A stretch of 64,000 nucleotides of DNA from Bacillota bacterium (GCA_023390655.1 JAEWCL010000004.1:92087-156086), one strand, 5' to 3'. Shown: positions 38,848-48,077, numbered from the stretch's first letter. The notes: generated from the letters alone by a model not told the origin. Numbers and translations are program-made.

Positions 38848-39690
38848 CTAAAGTACCGTCTGGTGTTTGATAAACGTCCCGTTTTGAAGTTCCGAAAATG
38901 CCTGACGCAATTCCTGCTGCGTATTCATCACGATCGGCCCGCCCCAAGCGATGGGTTCCCGTAGCGGCGGTGCGCTAAAGAGCGCAAATCGCACGCCTGT
39001 ATCGAGTGCTCTTACCGTGACGCAATCTCCTTCGCCAAGCAATGCTGCGGTCTTTGTTGAGACCGTCTTGTCTTTTATACGCAAGCCCCCTTCCAACAGA
39101 AAAAGGAATGCGGTCTCGCCTGCCTTTGCAGGCAAGGTCAATGTCCCGTTTGGTGCGAGCACCACATCGAGAAGCGCCGCTTGCAGATGGTGCGGGGTGA
39201 CGCCTTTGACGCCTTTATATTCACCCGCCACAATACGCACGGTGGACCCTTCCTGCCGGACTGCGGGGATCATATCCGGCGTAATATCGAAATACTTCGG
39301 CTCCGCCATCTTCTCCGTGCTCCGCATGTTCAGCCAAAGCTGGAAACCAAACATCCTGAACCCGGGCTTGGGCATTTCCTGGTGTAAAATACCGCTTCCG
39401 GCTGTCATCCATTGGCTTGCGCCCGAGGAAATGACGCCTTTGTTGCCAAGGCTGTCCTGATGTTCCATTTCGCCTTCGATCAGGTAAGTGATCGTTTCAA
39501 TCCCTCTGTGCGGATGTGTGGGAAACCCCTTCACATAATCCTCCGGATCCGTTGAGTCAAAGGAGTCCAGCATCAGAAAAGGATCGAACGCCTCCACCTC
39601 GTTATGCGCGAGCACCCGGGTAAGCCGTACACCTGCTCCATCTACCGCGGCGCGTCCCTGAACTGCGAATTCCAACTCTCGTTCCTGCAA
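38848..39690 (-). CDS. pirin family (bicupin) protein
   Basis: FPTHPHRGIETITYLIEGEMEHQDS (pirin metal-binding His motif). Probable TTG start at 39690 (SD GGAAGG 8 nt upstream). The listed ORF starts at GTG 39699. Confidence 0.9.
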   Translation of the reverse strand: MQERELEFAVQGRAAVDGAGVRLTRVLAHNEVEAFDPFLMLDSFDSTDPEDYVKGFPTHPHRGIETITYLIEGEMEHQDSLGNKGVISSGASQWMTAGSGILHQEMPKPGFRMFGFQLWLNMRSTEKMAEPKYFDITPDMIPAVRQEGSTVRIVAGEYKGVKGVTPHHLQAALLDVVLAPNGTLTLPAKAGETAFLFLLEGGLRIKDKTVSTKTAALLGEGDCVTVRALDTGVRFALFSAPPLREPIAWGGPIVMNTQQELRQAFSELQNGTFIKHQTVL

Positions 39691-39763
39691 GGGTATCACC
39701 TTCCTTCATCCGTGGCGAACGCCACCTGATGTTCTGCTGTTGGTTCATACAAGGGTATCACCT
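39688..39763. repeat. direct repeat of pirin translation-initiation region
   Basis: CAAGGGTATCACCT at 39688-39701 and again at 39750-39763 (minus-strand AGGTGATACCCTTG, i.e. SD plus initiation codon context). Confidence 0.8.
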
Positions 39764-39922
39764 CTTTCGTAAGGCTAACCGTCCACCGGTATTTTTAATA
39801 TACCCGGCTGCTGGGTGATGAAACAGCCGCCTCTGTCCGGCCCGTTCAAATTCACGTTCCGTTTTCTTCCAAATGACGCCATACTCCTGACAATCGATTC
39901 CTGTAGGGAAGGCGGTAAAACG

Positions 39923-40488
39923 ATGGATCTTGATGTACTTGCCTTGCGCGGAAAAACAGAGCCCGAAGCCTATGCAGAAACGCTGACCCGCGAAGCCCTC
40001 TCTTCTCTTGTCCCGTTGTTTCAGGAAAAGGACGATGTGCTCCGATATGCGGCGTTTTTAACACTTGTGCGCGCAGCCGGACAACACCCGACGTGTTTGC
40101 CTACTGGGACATATTCAGCGAGAAACTTGCAGATGGGGATTCCTGACGGAGTATTGGGCTCTGTTGATTGCCCACAACGTCAAGTGGGATACAGCGGGAT
40201 TATTTGAAAGCGTATTGAAAAATTATATGTCCTGCTGCAACGATCATTCCTTTGTAACGCGCAGACAGGCGATCAACAACATTCCCTGTGGGCGCCCTAT
40301 GCGCAAAAGCATCTCCGCCCGCCGCACAAATGCTCATGGAGATCGATGTTGCCGCCTGCAAGGAGACACAGCGCAAACTGCTGCTGCAGGACATTTGTTT
40401 TGCGCTGGTTGAACTGCAGCGGTTCTTAAAAGATGCGCGGGGTATCCTCGTATCTCCACCGTGCGGTCACCGGGGGAATTTTGGATAA
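39923..40488 (+). pseudogene. frameshifted remnant of a helical-repeat (HEAT/ARM-like) protein
   Basis: A coherent protein can only be read by hopping frames: MDLDVLALRGK...FLTLVRAAGQHP (frame 2), then DVFAYWDIFSEKLADGDS* (frame 1), then LTEYWALLIAHNVKWDTAGLFESVLKNYMSCCNDHSFVTRRQAINNIP (frame 0), then GALCAKASPPAAQMLMEIDVAACKETQRKLLLQDICFALVELQRF (frame 1). Family assignment is from memory only. Confidence 0.6.
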
Positions 40489-40549
40489 AAAAGCGGCAAA
40501 GCGCCTGATGGACGCCTTGCCGTAAGAAAATCCTTCTCCGGATCGCTTT

Positions 40550-41566
40550 TTACCTCAACAACGTGGTCTGTTCGGAAAAGCTCATATCCAGCATGCGCTG
40601 CGTAAACTCACGCTTAAAGAGGCTGCTCATGGGCGCGCGGTCATGAATGACCTTGACGGACTGCGCAAACATGGGCGCCGCGGAAATGAGTTTGATCTTA
40701 GAGGAGTTCGCCGCTTCCGGGCAGTCCACCGTATCGGTGGAAATCAGCACCTCAATGGGGCTGCTCTCAATTTTCGCAATGCCCTTGGCGTTTAGTACAT
40801 TGTGGGAGAGCGCCGCAAAGATGCGGTTTGCTCCCTTATCCTTAAGCCCAAGCGCGATATCGATGAGTGTGCCGCCGGAAATCGAGAAATCGTCCACAAT
40901 CAGGCAGTTCTTGCCCTTGACTTCGCCGATGATCTCAAGCACTTTGGCGTTTTCGTCATGACCGGAGCGCATTTTATCGCCGATGGCGACCGGGCGGCCC
41001 AGCTCGCTTGCAAACTGGCGTGCGCGCTTTGCAAAGCCCGCGTCCGGGGAGACGACGACAAGATCGTCATCCACCAGGCCAAGACGCCTGACATACTCGC
41101 AGAGCAGGGGCTGCGCATACAGATGATCAACCGGCTTTTTGAAGAAGCCCTGCACCTGCGGGCTGTGAAGATCCATTGTAATCACACGGTCCGCGCCCGC
41201 AAGCTCAATGCTTTCTGCACATACGCGCGCACGGATGGAAACACGGGGCTCGTCCTTCTTATCGCCTTTGGCATAGCTGAAATAAGGAATAATTGCCGTG
41301 ACGGAGTCGGCGCTGGCGCGCCTGAACGCATCAATCCAGAACAACAGTTCAACAAACTCATCGTTGGGGTTTCTGCCTATGGGCTGTACAATGTATACGT
41401 CCTTATCACGTATGGATTCATTGATGCGTACGAATGTATTGCCCTCAGAAAATATGATCGTTTCCGAATCGCCCAACTGTGTACCAAGATATGCACACAT
41501 CTTCTTTGCAAACGGAATGCCGCTGCGCCCTGCGAATATCTTGATGGATCCCCCGCTTGAATACAT
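40550..41566 (-). CDS. prs: ribose-phosphate pyrophosphokinase
   Basis: IKIFAGRSG..., PYFSYAKGDKK, PRPP-binding loop CLIVDDFSISGGTLI. Confidence 0.93.
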   Translation of the reverse strand: MYSSGGSIKIFAGRSGIPFAKKMCAYLGTQLGDSETIIFSEGNTFVRINESIRDKDVYIVQPIGRNPNDEFVELLFWIDAFRRASADSVTAIIPYFSYAKGDKKDEPRVSIRARVCAESIELAGADRVITMDLHSPQVQGFFKKPVDHLYAQPLLCEYVRRLGLVDDDLVVVSPDAGFAKRARQFASELGRPVAIGDKMRSGHDENAKVLEIIGEVKGKNCLIVDDFSISGGTLIDIALGLKDKGANRIFAALSHNVLNAKGIAKIESSPIEVLISTDTVDCPEAANSSKIKLISAAPMFAQSVKVIHDRAPMSSLFKREFTQRMLDMSFSEQTTLLR

Positions 41567-41733
41567 TTCGGCTAATCTCCCTTTTCTTTACTGGACCAAA
41601 ATTGTTCTTTCTGTATCAAACACCTCATGAACGGAAAACGCCCAATTGCGCCATATTCCGCCCATGCCCTTGGGTATTATAGCAGGATTACTGCGGATGG
41701 GCAACCGCTGCGGAACGTGAAAAATAAGTTCCT

Positions 41734-42579
41734 CTAATAGTGTACCTGTTCACTATGCCTTTCCCGGAAAAACGCTGCCGTGCGTTCAAGGCAGGGAACA
41801 TCCCTCCACGAACAGCCAAGCGGCGTACCTTCCCGGTTTTTACCGTGGTAATCACTTCCGCAGGTCACCATTAGCCCATATTGCGCCGCAAGGCTTTGAA
41901 ATAACTCGGTCTGCCCAATGGTGGAGGCGGGATAGTACGCCTCAATCCCCATCAGCCCAAGCTCCGCAAGCTCAGCAACAAGCCTGTGTGGATTCTGGTG
42001 AATGTGGCAGGGATGCGCCAGCACGGGAATGCCGTTTGCGCCGCGCAGAAGCGCGATTACTTCCTTTGGCGTAAAGCGCTGCTCCTGAAAATGTGCCGGG
42101 GCGCCCACATTCAAAAACTTCCGGAACGCATCCGTAATGCTCTCTGCGTACCCTTCGTCCCGCAGGGCCACGGCAATGTGCATGCGCGTTTCCGTACCTC
42201 CGCTTGTCACTTCCTTCACCCTGTCCCGTACGTCGCAGCCAATCTCTTTGAGCTTATTTAAAATCTTGCTGTTGCGCTGCTGCCGCTTGCGCCTGCTTTC
42301 CGCCATGGCTTCCTGCAGGCGTTCATTCTCTATATCGATATCAAGGCCCAAAATATGAAGCTCAAACGGACTTTCATTGTCCATTTCTATTCCGGGCAGC
42401 ACAAGGATACGCTGTTGCGCGCCGGCTGCCACCGCTTCCGGTACACCGGAAAACGTATCATGATCCGTCAGCGCCAGAATGCCGATGCTTGCTCTTGCTG
42501 CCATCCGCACAATTTCCGTCGGCGTGGAGGTACCGTCTGAAAACGTACTGTGGCTGTGAAGATCCATACGGAAGCTCAT
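41734..42579 (-). CDS. PHP-domain phosphoesterase
   Basis: MDLHSHSTFSDGT...LALTDHDT...GSDYHG (PHP His/Asp motifs). Confidence 0.8.
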   Translation of the reverse strand: MSFRMDLHSHSTFSDGTSTPTEIVRMAARASIGILALTDHDTFSGVPEAVAAGAQQRILVLPGIEMDNESPFELHILGLDIDIENERLQEAMAESRRKRQQRNSKILNKLKEIGCDVRDRVKEVTSGGTETRMHIAVALRDEGYAESITDAFRKFLNVGAPAHFQEQRFTPKEVIALLRGANGIPVLAHPCHIHQNPHRLVAELAELGLMGIEAYYPASTIGQTELFQSLAAQYGLMVTCGSDYHGKNREGTPLGCSWRDVPCLERTAAFFRERHSEQVHY

Positions 42580-42965
42580 TTTATCTTCGCCTCTGTCTTT
42601 TGCATGAACCGTTCCGCATCCACAACAAAGCGCTGATGGTCGGCAACAGCGATGCTGCCCGCCTCATCAAACGCTTCGATCCGGAAGGTCAATGCGCGTC
42701 CCTCCACCGCCACAAGCTCCGCTTCGGCCCATGCGCGCATATGCAGCGGCGTTGCCGCATTGTGCCGGATATCGATACGGGTTCCCACGGTTGTCTTGCC
42801 GTGCTCCATCGCGCCTTCCACCGCGGCGCAGGCCGCCTGTTCCATCAGCGCCACGAGGCGCGGCGTCGACAGTACGGGCAACAGGCCGCTGCCCAAAGCC
42901 AGCGCGGTATCCGCATGGGCCACCACAAGTTCCGCTTTGCCTGCCATTCCATTTTGAAGCTGCAT
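42576..42965 (-). CDS. hotdog-fold thioesterase family protein
   Basis: About 129 aa. The pattern ...LPVLSTPRLVALMEQAACAAV...TTVGTRIDIRHNAATP... is typical of FlK/YiiD-like thioesterases. Start MQLQNG at 42965, because the longer ORF would run into the ftsH terminator. Confidence 0.7.
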   Translation of the reverse strand: MQLQNGMAGKAELVVAHADTALALGSGLLPVLSTPRLVALMEQAACAAVEGAMEHGKTTVGTRIDIRHNAATPLHMRAWAEAELVAVEGRALTFRIEAFDEAGSIAVADHQRFVVDAERFMQKTEAKIK

Positions 42966-42978
42966 GTCTATTCTCCCC

Positions 42979-43027
42979 GAAAAAGGGCCGCCCATCGCAC
43001 AATTGTGCAGCGGCGGCCCGGCTTTTT
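42979..43027 (-). terminator. rho-independent terminator of tilS-hpt-ftsH
   Basis: GGGCCGCC (42984-42991) / GGCGGCCC (43011-43018) flanked by an A-run and a T-run. On the minus strand the stem is followed by TTTTT. Confidence 0.7.
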
Positions 43028-43087
43028 TCTGTTACGGTACCGCATCCATCGCGTTTTCCTTTCGGCGTACGCCTTTAGGAATATGCG

Positions 43088-45028
43088 TTACGGCACATCA
43101 TCTACAATATCGGTCTTCGGCTCCTCCACAACGGCATCGTCCGCTTTTTCCTTCTTGCCCGTGTCTTCGCCTTTATAGATCCGCTCAAATACCGTCCCGT
43201 CGATGCGTTCCTTTTCGATCAGCGCATCCGCCACCCGATCAAGCGCCGCCATATCTTCCTCAATGCAGACCCGGGCACGCCCGAACTGCTCCTCGATGAT
43301 GCGGCGTATTTCCGCATCGATACGGCTTGCAATTTCTTCTGAGAAGTTTCTCTGGTGTCCCCAGTCCTTGGCGATAAACACTTCCGCCTGGCCGCCTAAG
43401 AACACGGGGCCAATCGCATCCGTCATGCCATATTCCACGACCATCTTGCGGGCCATGTCCGTCGCGCGCTGCAGGTCGTTGTATGCGCCGGTGCTGATAT
43501 CGCCAAGGCGCACGGTTTCCGCAACGCGGCCGCCCAGCAGCATGGCGATTTCATCCTCCAGCTTGCTCTTAGTCACGTGGGACTTATCCTCCTTGGGGAG
43601 GGTCATAGTATAGCCTGCCGCCATACCGCGCGGGATGATGGAAACCTCATGCACGGGATCGCAATGCGGAAGCTTCAGCGCGACAATCGCATGCCCCGTC
43701 TCGTGGATGGCGGTAATGCGCTTGTCTTCTTCCGTGATGACGCGACTCTTCTTTTCGGGTCCGACGACCACGCGGGTGATGGCTTCTTCAAGCTCCACCA
43801 TGGTGATGGTCTTTTTATTGACGCGCGCCGTCAAAATGGCTGCCTCGTTGAGCACGTTCTCCAGATCCGCGCCCGTAAAGCCTGGGGTGCGCTTCGCCAA
43901 TACGGAAAGCTCCACTTCCGGCGCAAGCGGCTTGTTGCGCGCATGTACGCGCAAGATCGCTTCGCGGCCCTTTACATCCGGATAATTGACGGTGATCTGC
44001 CTGTCAAACCGGCCGGGACGCAGCAGTGCAGGGTCCAGGATATCCGGGCGGTTGGTCGCGGCCAATACAATAATGCCCTCGTTCACGGCAAAGCCGTCCA
44101 TTTCCACAAGCAGCTGGTTGAGCGTCTGCTCACGCTCATCATGGCCGCCGCCCATGCCTGCGCCGCGCTGGCGGCCTACGGCGTCGATTTCATCAATAAA
44201 TACAACGGCGGGCGTGCTCTTCTTTGCGGTATTGAATAGGTCGCGTACGCGTGACGCGCCAACGCCTACAAACATCTCCACGAAATCCGAACCGGAAATC
44301 GAGAAGAAAGGCGCCTTTGCTTCTCCCGCAACGGCCTTTGCAAGCAGCGTCTTGCCTGTACCCGGAGGGCCGACAAGCAGCACACCCTTGGGGATGCGCG
44401 CGCCGATTTCATTGAAGCGCTTGGGATCACGCATGAACTCAACGACTTCCTTGAGTTCCTCTTTCTCTTCGTCAGCCCCCGCCACGTCGTCAAACGTGAC
44501 CTTATTCTGGCCGTCCGTCTGCACGCGCGCGCGCGACTTTCCAAAGCTCATCACCTTGTTGCCGCCGCCCTGCTGCTGCATCATGAAATAATAGAAGATG
44601 CCAAGCGCCCCAAACAGAATAATGTAAGGCAGGATCATCTCCCAGAAAGAAGGATCGGGGGGAACTTTCGGATTATAGTCAAACGGATAATCCAGCACCG
44701 TCACTTTTTCCGGCGTAAGCTCCGGCTTGAGCTGCGCGGTAATGATGGCCATTTCCCGTGTGAACACGTCCACGGAAGGCACGACCACGCTAAAATCCGA
44801 GCGGGAAGGAAGCTGTTCCTTTTTATAGCTGCTGCCGGCATAAATGCCTACAAATTCACGGTTGGTCGCCTGTACCGCAGCCACCTTTCCTTCCCGGACA
44901 GCCTGCATAAACTCGCTATATTCGAGTACCTGAGACGATGCCCCAACGGGATCGAGGTTGGTTGCCATCAGAATAATCCCAATGAGTATGATGACATATA
45001 TCAGCGGCGTACGAAAATTTCTTCTCAC
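43088..45028 (-). CDS. ftsH: ATP-dependent zinc metalloprotease FtsH
   Basis: Two N-terminal TMs, Walker [17 protein letters not shown] (IHETGHAIV). GTG start after GGAGGATAGGG. Confidence 0.97.
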   Translation of the reverse strand: MRRNFRTPLIYVIILIGIILMATNLDPVGASSQVLEYSEFMQAVREGKVAAVQATNREFVGIYAGSSYKKEQLPSRSDFSVVVPSVDVFTREMAIITAQLKPELTPEKVTVLDYPFDYNPKVPPDPSFWEMILPYIILFGALGIFYYFMMQQQGGGNKVMSFGKSRARVQTDGQNKVTFDDVAGADEEKEELKEVVEFMRDPKRFNEIGARIPKGVLLVGPPGTGKTLLAKAVAGEAKAPFFSISGSDFVEMFVGVGASRVRDLFNTAKKSTPAVVFIDEIDAVGRQRGAGMGGGHDEREQTLNQLLVEMDGFAVNEGIIVLAATNRPDILDPALLRPGRFDRQITVNYPDVKGREAILRVHARNKPLAPEVELSVLAKRTPGFTGADLENVLNEAAILTARVNKKTITMVELEEAITRVVVGPEKKSRVITEEDKRITAIHETGHAIVALKLPHCDPVHEVSIIPRGMAAGYTMTLPKEDKSHVTKSKLEDEIAMLLGGRVAETVRLGDISTGAYNDLQRATDMARKMVVEYGMTDAIGPVFLGGQAEVFIAKDWGHQRNFSEEIASRIDAEIRRIIEEQFGRARVCIEEDMAALDRVADALIEKERIDGTVFERIYKGEDTGKKEKADDAVVEEPKTDIVDDVP

Positions 45029-45214
45029 TTACCCTATCCTCCTGAGGCCATCCGCCTTGCGGCCGCCCCATAAAAATGCATTACAACAACGGCTGGAAGC
45101 CCGCTGCCATTTGAATAGTTTATCACACCGGCCGCCGCTGTTCAATCATGGCAATTTGGAAAAGTCGTCGAAAATACGGCGCCGCTGTGAATTATGCGGA
45201 CGGAAAATTCGTAT

Positions 45215-45766
45215 TTACTTTGTGTAAACCTCGGGTTTCAATACGCCGACATAGGGCAAATGCCTGTAGCGGCCGATGTAATCAAGCCCAAAGCCCACAA
45301 CAAACTTATTGGGGATGATAAAGCCCCAATAGTCCGGCGTAATGTCACATTCCCTGCGTTCGGGCTTGTCGAGCAGGCAGACGATGCGCATGCTTGCAGG
45401 GTTGCGGGACTCAAGAAGATTGGTCAGATAGTTAAGCGTGAGGCCGCTGTCCATAATATCTTCAACGATCAGGACGTGCTTGCCGGTAATGCTCATATCC
45501 GTATCCTTTGCAATCCGCACGATGCCGGATGTCTTCTCGCCGTCCCCGTAGCTGGAAATGGACATGAAATCCATCTGGCACTGCACCGTAAGATTGCGCG
45601 CAAGATCGGAAAAGAACATGATGGCGCCTTTGAGGATGCACAAAAGAACAACCTCTTTCCCTTCGTAGTCCTTGGAAATCTGCGTCGCCAACTCCTTGAC
45701 GCGATCCTGAATCACATCGTAATCGAGTAAAATCTCCGCCATGTCCTCACGAAACTGTGCACACAT
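45215..45766 (-). CDS. hpt: hypoxanthine phosphoribosyltransferase
   Basis: PRPP motif VLIVEDIMDSGLTL and GFGLDY. Start M1 (45766) or M9 (45742). Confidence 0.95.
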   Translation of the reverse strand: MCAQFREDMAEILLDYDVIQDRVKELATQISKDYEGKEVVLLCILKGAIMFFSDLARNLTVQCQMDFMSISSYGDGEKTSGIVRIAKDTDMSITGKHVLIVEDIMDSGLTLNYLTNLLESRNPASMRIVCLLDKPERRECDITPDYWGFIIPNKFVVGFGLDYIGRYRHLPYVGVLKPEVYTK

Positions 45767-45862
45767 AAAACCGCACCCTCCTATTATGTAACTTTTCTTA
45801 TATCAGATACAAACTGCAATTCCTATTGCCGCTTGCAGATGAACCTTGTTAAAACCGCTTTT

Positions 45863-47227
45863 TTAACGCTGTTCCGGTGAAAATACTACCCGCAGAATGC
45901 GCTGCGTACCCTCGCTGACGCGTACGGCGTCCGCGATGGTCCCGCCCGGAAAAAACAGCACGTCCTGCCCGGAAGCAATGAGCGGCAGCTCCCGCATGGC
46001 CGGAAGAGCCTTTTTATCAATCAGGTACTCTTTGAGCTTGCGCCCGCCGGGCGCGCCCAACGGATGAAACCTGTCCCCGGGAATTCGCCTTCTCACCATT
46101 GCGTTCGGGGGCAGCTTGTCCGCATCCATGTAAGCGGTAAACCCTTCTTCCGGCTGCATAGCGTCCACAAATGCCGTGTGATAGCTGCCGAGAGGTGTCT
46201 TCGTTTCCCCCGGCCAAACAAAGCGCGTTTCAAACGCTTCCTCTTCACCCTGGCGCGGCCGTTCGATCACAAGCGCCTCATAGCTTGCCCGCGCTTCCAT
46301 GCCGCTTGGAAGCGCCACGCGCGCGCCGGTGCGTGCCGTCAAAAGGCCGCAAACGCGCAGTATCCAGCTGTGGCTCATATTGTAAAGCGCACCCTCCCGT
46401 TCCAGCGCGAGGCGGATTGCCCTCGTCTTAATCGGCGCAGGCAGCGCCGCAAGCGTTTCGCGTTTATAACCGCCCTGCATAAGCGCGGCCTCACCAAGGC
46501 GTTTCCCGGCTTCCAAGCTAAGATATTCCTCGTCCTGTAAAAGCAGCCCCGCCATGCGGGACATCCCTTCGGCAATGGACGGATTGAACTCCTTTTGCAA
46601 AAACGGGAGCAGTTCCAAGCGGATCCGGTTCCGGAGGCAGCCAGGCTCCAGATTGGTTTCATCCACCCGATATGAAAGACCGTTCTCTTTTATATAGGAA
46701 AGCACCGCTTCACGGGAAACGAGGAGCAATGGACGGAATACATCACCTGACACCGCCCGCATGCCGCACAGCCCCGAAAGCCCCGCGCCGCGCAGCAGGT
46801 GCAGCAGCACAGTTTCCGCCTGATCGTCCATATGGTGCGCCGTCACGATCCATCGGGCGTTGCAGGCGCTTTTCGCTTCCCGCAGGAAGGCATACCGCGC
46901 GTTCCTTGCCGTTTCTTCCACGGTCTGTCCGGTACTTCGGCACAATGAAGGCACATCCACCCGCGTTTCAAACAGCGGGACATCCCATGCCGTACACAGC
47001 GTCCTTACGAATGCGGCGTCCTCTGCCGAGGTTTCCCGGATACCGTGATCGACATGCGCGGCAGAGAGATTTTTTACCCTGCCTGCTGCGCGCAGACCTA
47101 CGAGCATATGGAAAAGCGCAACCGAATCCGCCCCGCCTGATACAGCGACAAGCAGGCCGTCCTCCTTTACTATGCTGTTGGCCGCAATGGCGGCTTCCAC
47201 CTGTGCCGTACAGCCGTCGCGTTCCAT
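45863..47227 (-). CDS. tilS: tRNA(Ile)-lysidine synthase
   Basis: PP-loop VAVSGGADSVAL. About 450 aa. Conserved tilS-hpt-ftsH order. Confidence 0.9.
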   Translation of the reverse strand: MERDGCTAQVEAAIAANSIVKEDGLLVAVSGGADSVALFHMLVGLRAAGRVKNLSAAHVDHGIRETSAEDAAFVRTLCTAWDVPLFETRVDVPSLCRSTGQTVEETARNARYAFLREAKSACNARWIVTAHHMDDQAETVLLHLLRGAGLSGLCGMRAVSGDVFRPLLLVSREAVLSYIKENGLSYRVDETNLEPGCLRNRIRLELLPFLQKEFNPSIAEGMSRMAGLLLQDEEYLSLEAGKRLGEAALMQGGYKRETLAALPAPIKTRAIRLALEREGALYNMSHSWILRVCGLLTARTGARVALPSGMEARASYEALVIERPRQGEEEAFETRFVWPGETKTPLGSYHTAFVDAMQPEEGFTAYMDADKLPPNAMVRRRIPGDRFHPLGAPGGRKLKEYLIDKKALPAMRELPLIASGQDVLFFPGGTIADAVRVSEGTQRILRVVFSPEQR

Positions 47228-47235
47228 ATAAAGTT

Positions 47236-47264
47236 ATGATACGCGTTTGACCCGCGTTTGACAA
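47236..47264 (-). promoter_or_regulatory. candidate sigma-A promoter of tilS (possibly leaderless)
   Basis: Minus strand TTGTCA (47264-47259), 17 bp, TATCAT (47241-47236). Only 8 nt separate the -10 from the tilS ATG, and no SD is present. Confidence 0.4.
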
Positions 47265-47342
47265 GACTCGCGCGCATTTTGACCCTTGGCCCGGCGCAGC
47301 ATGCCTCATCCCCCATAAGCAATTACTATAGCACGCACCAAA

Positions 47343-47358
47343 GTTAGCATTTGCTAAC
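47343..47358. promoter_or_regulatory. GTTAG-N6-CTAAC palindrome, box 1
   Basis: GTTAGCA-TT-TGCTAAC, a perfect 7-2-7 palindrome 30 nt upstream of the feoA -35. Confidence 0.6.
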
Positions 47359-47387
47359 ATTTGTGTGCCAGTTTTTTTTATGTAGAA

Positions 47388-47416
47388 TTGACAACCATGC
47401 ATTGGGATGCTAAACT
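47388..47416 (+). promoter_or_regulatory. candidate sigma-A promoter of feoA-feoA-feoB operon
   Basis: TTGACA (47388-47393), 17-bp spacer, TAAACT (47411-47416). Confidence 0.45.
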
Positions 47417-47429
47417 TCTCTTGGTAGAG

Positions 47430-47445
47430 GTTAGTATGTGCTAAC
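47430..47445. promoter_or_regulatory. GTTAG-N6-CTAAC palindrome, box 2
   Basis: GGTTAG-TATGTG-CTAACC (47429-47446), starting about a dozen nt downstream of the -10. This is a position typical of a repressor roadblock. Confidence 0.6.
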
Positions 47446-47463
47446 CATTTTCCAACCCTAACG

Positions 47464-47479
47464 GTTAGGAGTTTCTAAC
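47464..47479. promoter_or_regulatory. GTTAG-N6-CTAAC palindrome, box 3
   Basis: GGTTAG-GAGTTT-CTAACT, with an extra CTAAC half-site at 47458-47462 directly upstream. Confidence 0.55.
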
Positions 47480-47545
47480 TACAATTCGTTCCAGGTATGC
47501 TCGCGCATGCGCAGCATGCCATTTAAAACTCAGGGAGGAGTGATC

Positions 47546-47761
47546 ATGATGCCGCTTTCCATGGCGCAAGCAGGGGAGAAAAATTACATTAAAAAGATCA
47601 CAGGCAACGATGAGGTAAGGCAGCACCTTGCAAATCTTGGCTTTGTTGTCGGTGGCTGCGTGACGGTCGTCTCCAAAGTTGCAGGCGGAAATATGATACT
47701 CAACATCAAGGATACCCGTATTGCTCTAGGCCAGAGCATGACGAATAGAATTATGGTGTAG
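47546..47761 (+). CDS. feoA: FeoA family protein
   Basis: MMPLSMAQAGEKNYIKKITGNDEVRQHLANLGFVVGGCVTVV (FeoA SH3-like domain). ATG at 47546 follows GGGAGGAG. Confidence 0.85.
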   Translation: MMPLSMAQAGEKNYIKKITGNDEVRQHLANLGFVVGGCVTVVSKVAGGNMILNIKDTRIALGQSMTNRIMV

Positions 47762-47775
47762 GAGGAAAAGGCGGC

Positions 47776-47997
47776 ATGAAAACGCTTCGCAACGCAAAGC
47801 TGGGCGAAACCGTAACGGTTGTCAAGCTGCACGGGGAAGGCCCCGTAAAGCGCAGGATCATGGACATGGGGATTACCAAGGGAGTGGATATTTTTGTACG
47901 TAAGGTTGCACCGCTTGGCGATCCGATTGAGGTCAATGTAAGAAGCTATGAGCTTTCCATCCGCAAGGCGGACGCAGAAATGATTGAGGTCAGTTAA
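47776..47997 (+). CDS. feoA: FeoA family protein (second copy)
   Basis: MKTLRNAKLGETVTVVKLHGEGPVKRRIMDMGITKGVDIFVRKVAPLGDPIEV. Canonical FeoA. Confidence 0.85.
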   Translation: MKTLRNAKLGETVTVVKLHGEGPVKRRIMDMGITKGVDIFVRKVAPLGDPIEVNVRSYELSIRKADAEMIEVS

Positions 47998-47998
47998 A

Positions 47999-48023
47999 GC
48001 AGCCTCTTGGGGCTGCACATTTT
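47999..48023 (+). terminator. weak stem-loop after feoA2 (possible attenuator)
   Basis: GCAGCC-tcttgg-GGCTGC followed by ACATTTT. Short stem and short U-run. Confidence 0.3.
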
Positions 48024-48033
48024 AAGACCAGGG

Positions 48034-48049
48034 GTTAGAAATAGCTAAC
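48034..48049. promoter_or_regulatory. GTTAG-N6-CTAAC palindrome, box 4
   Basis: GGTTAG-AAATAG-CTAACC (48033-48050), between the feoA2 stem-loop and the feoB SD (AGGAGGGG 48064-48071). Confidence 0.6.
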
Positions 48050-48077
48050 CATGATTTGTTTTTAGGAGGGGTGGCAA

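Noticed and set aside
38609-38947. 112-aa ORF in the pdp-pirin spacer
   Set aside because: It overlaps the pirin 3' end and runs through the pirin terminator hairpin. It has no SD and no motif, so the spacer is better explained as terminator plus pdp promoter.
41567-41733. About 165-nt leader upstream of prs, considered as a possible riboswitch (e.g. PRPP/purine class)
   Set aside because: A plausible promoter (TTGCCC-17-TATAAT on the minus strand) leaves a ~110-nt 5' UTR. I could not recognise any conserved riboswitch core or a convincing terminator/antiterminator pair. A covariance-model scan (Rfam/Infernal) would be needed.
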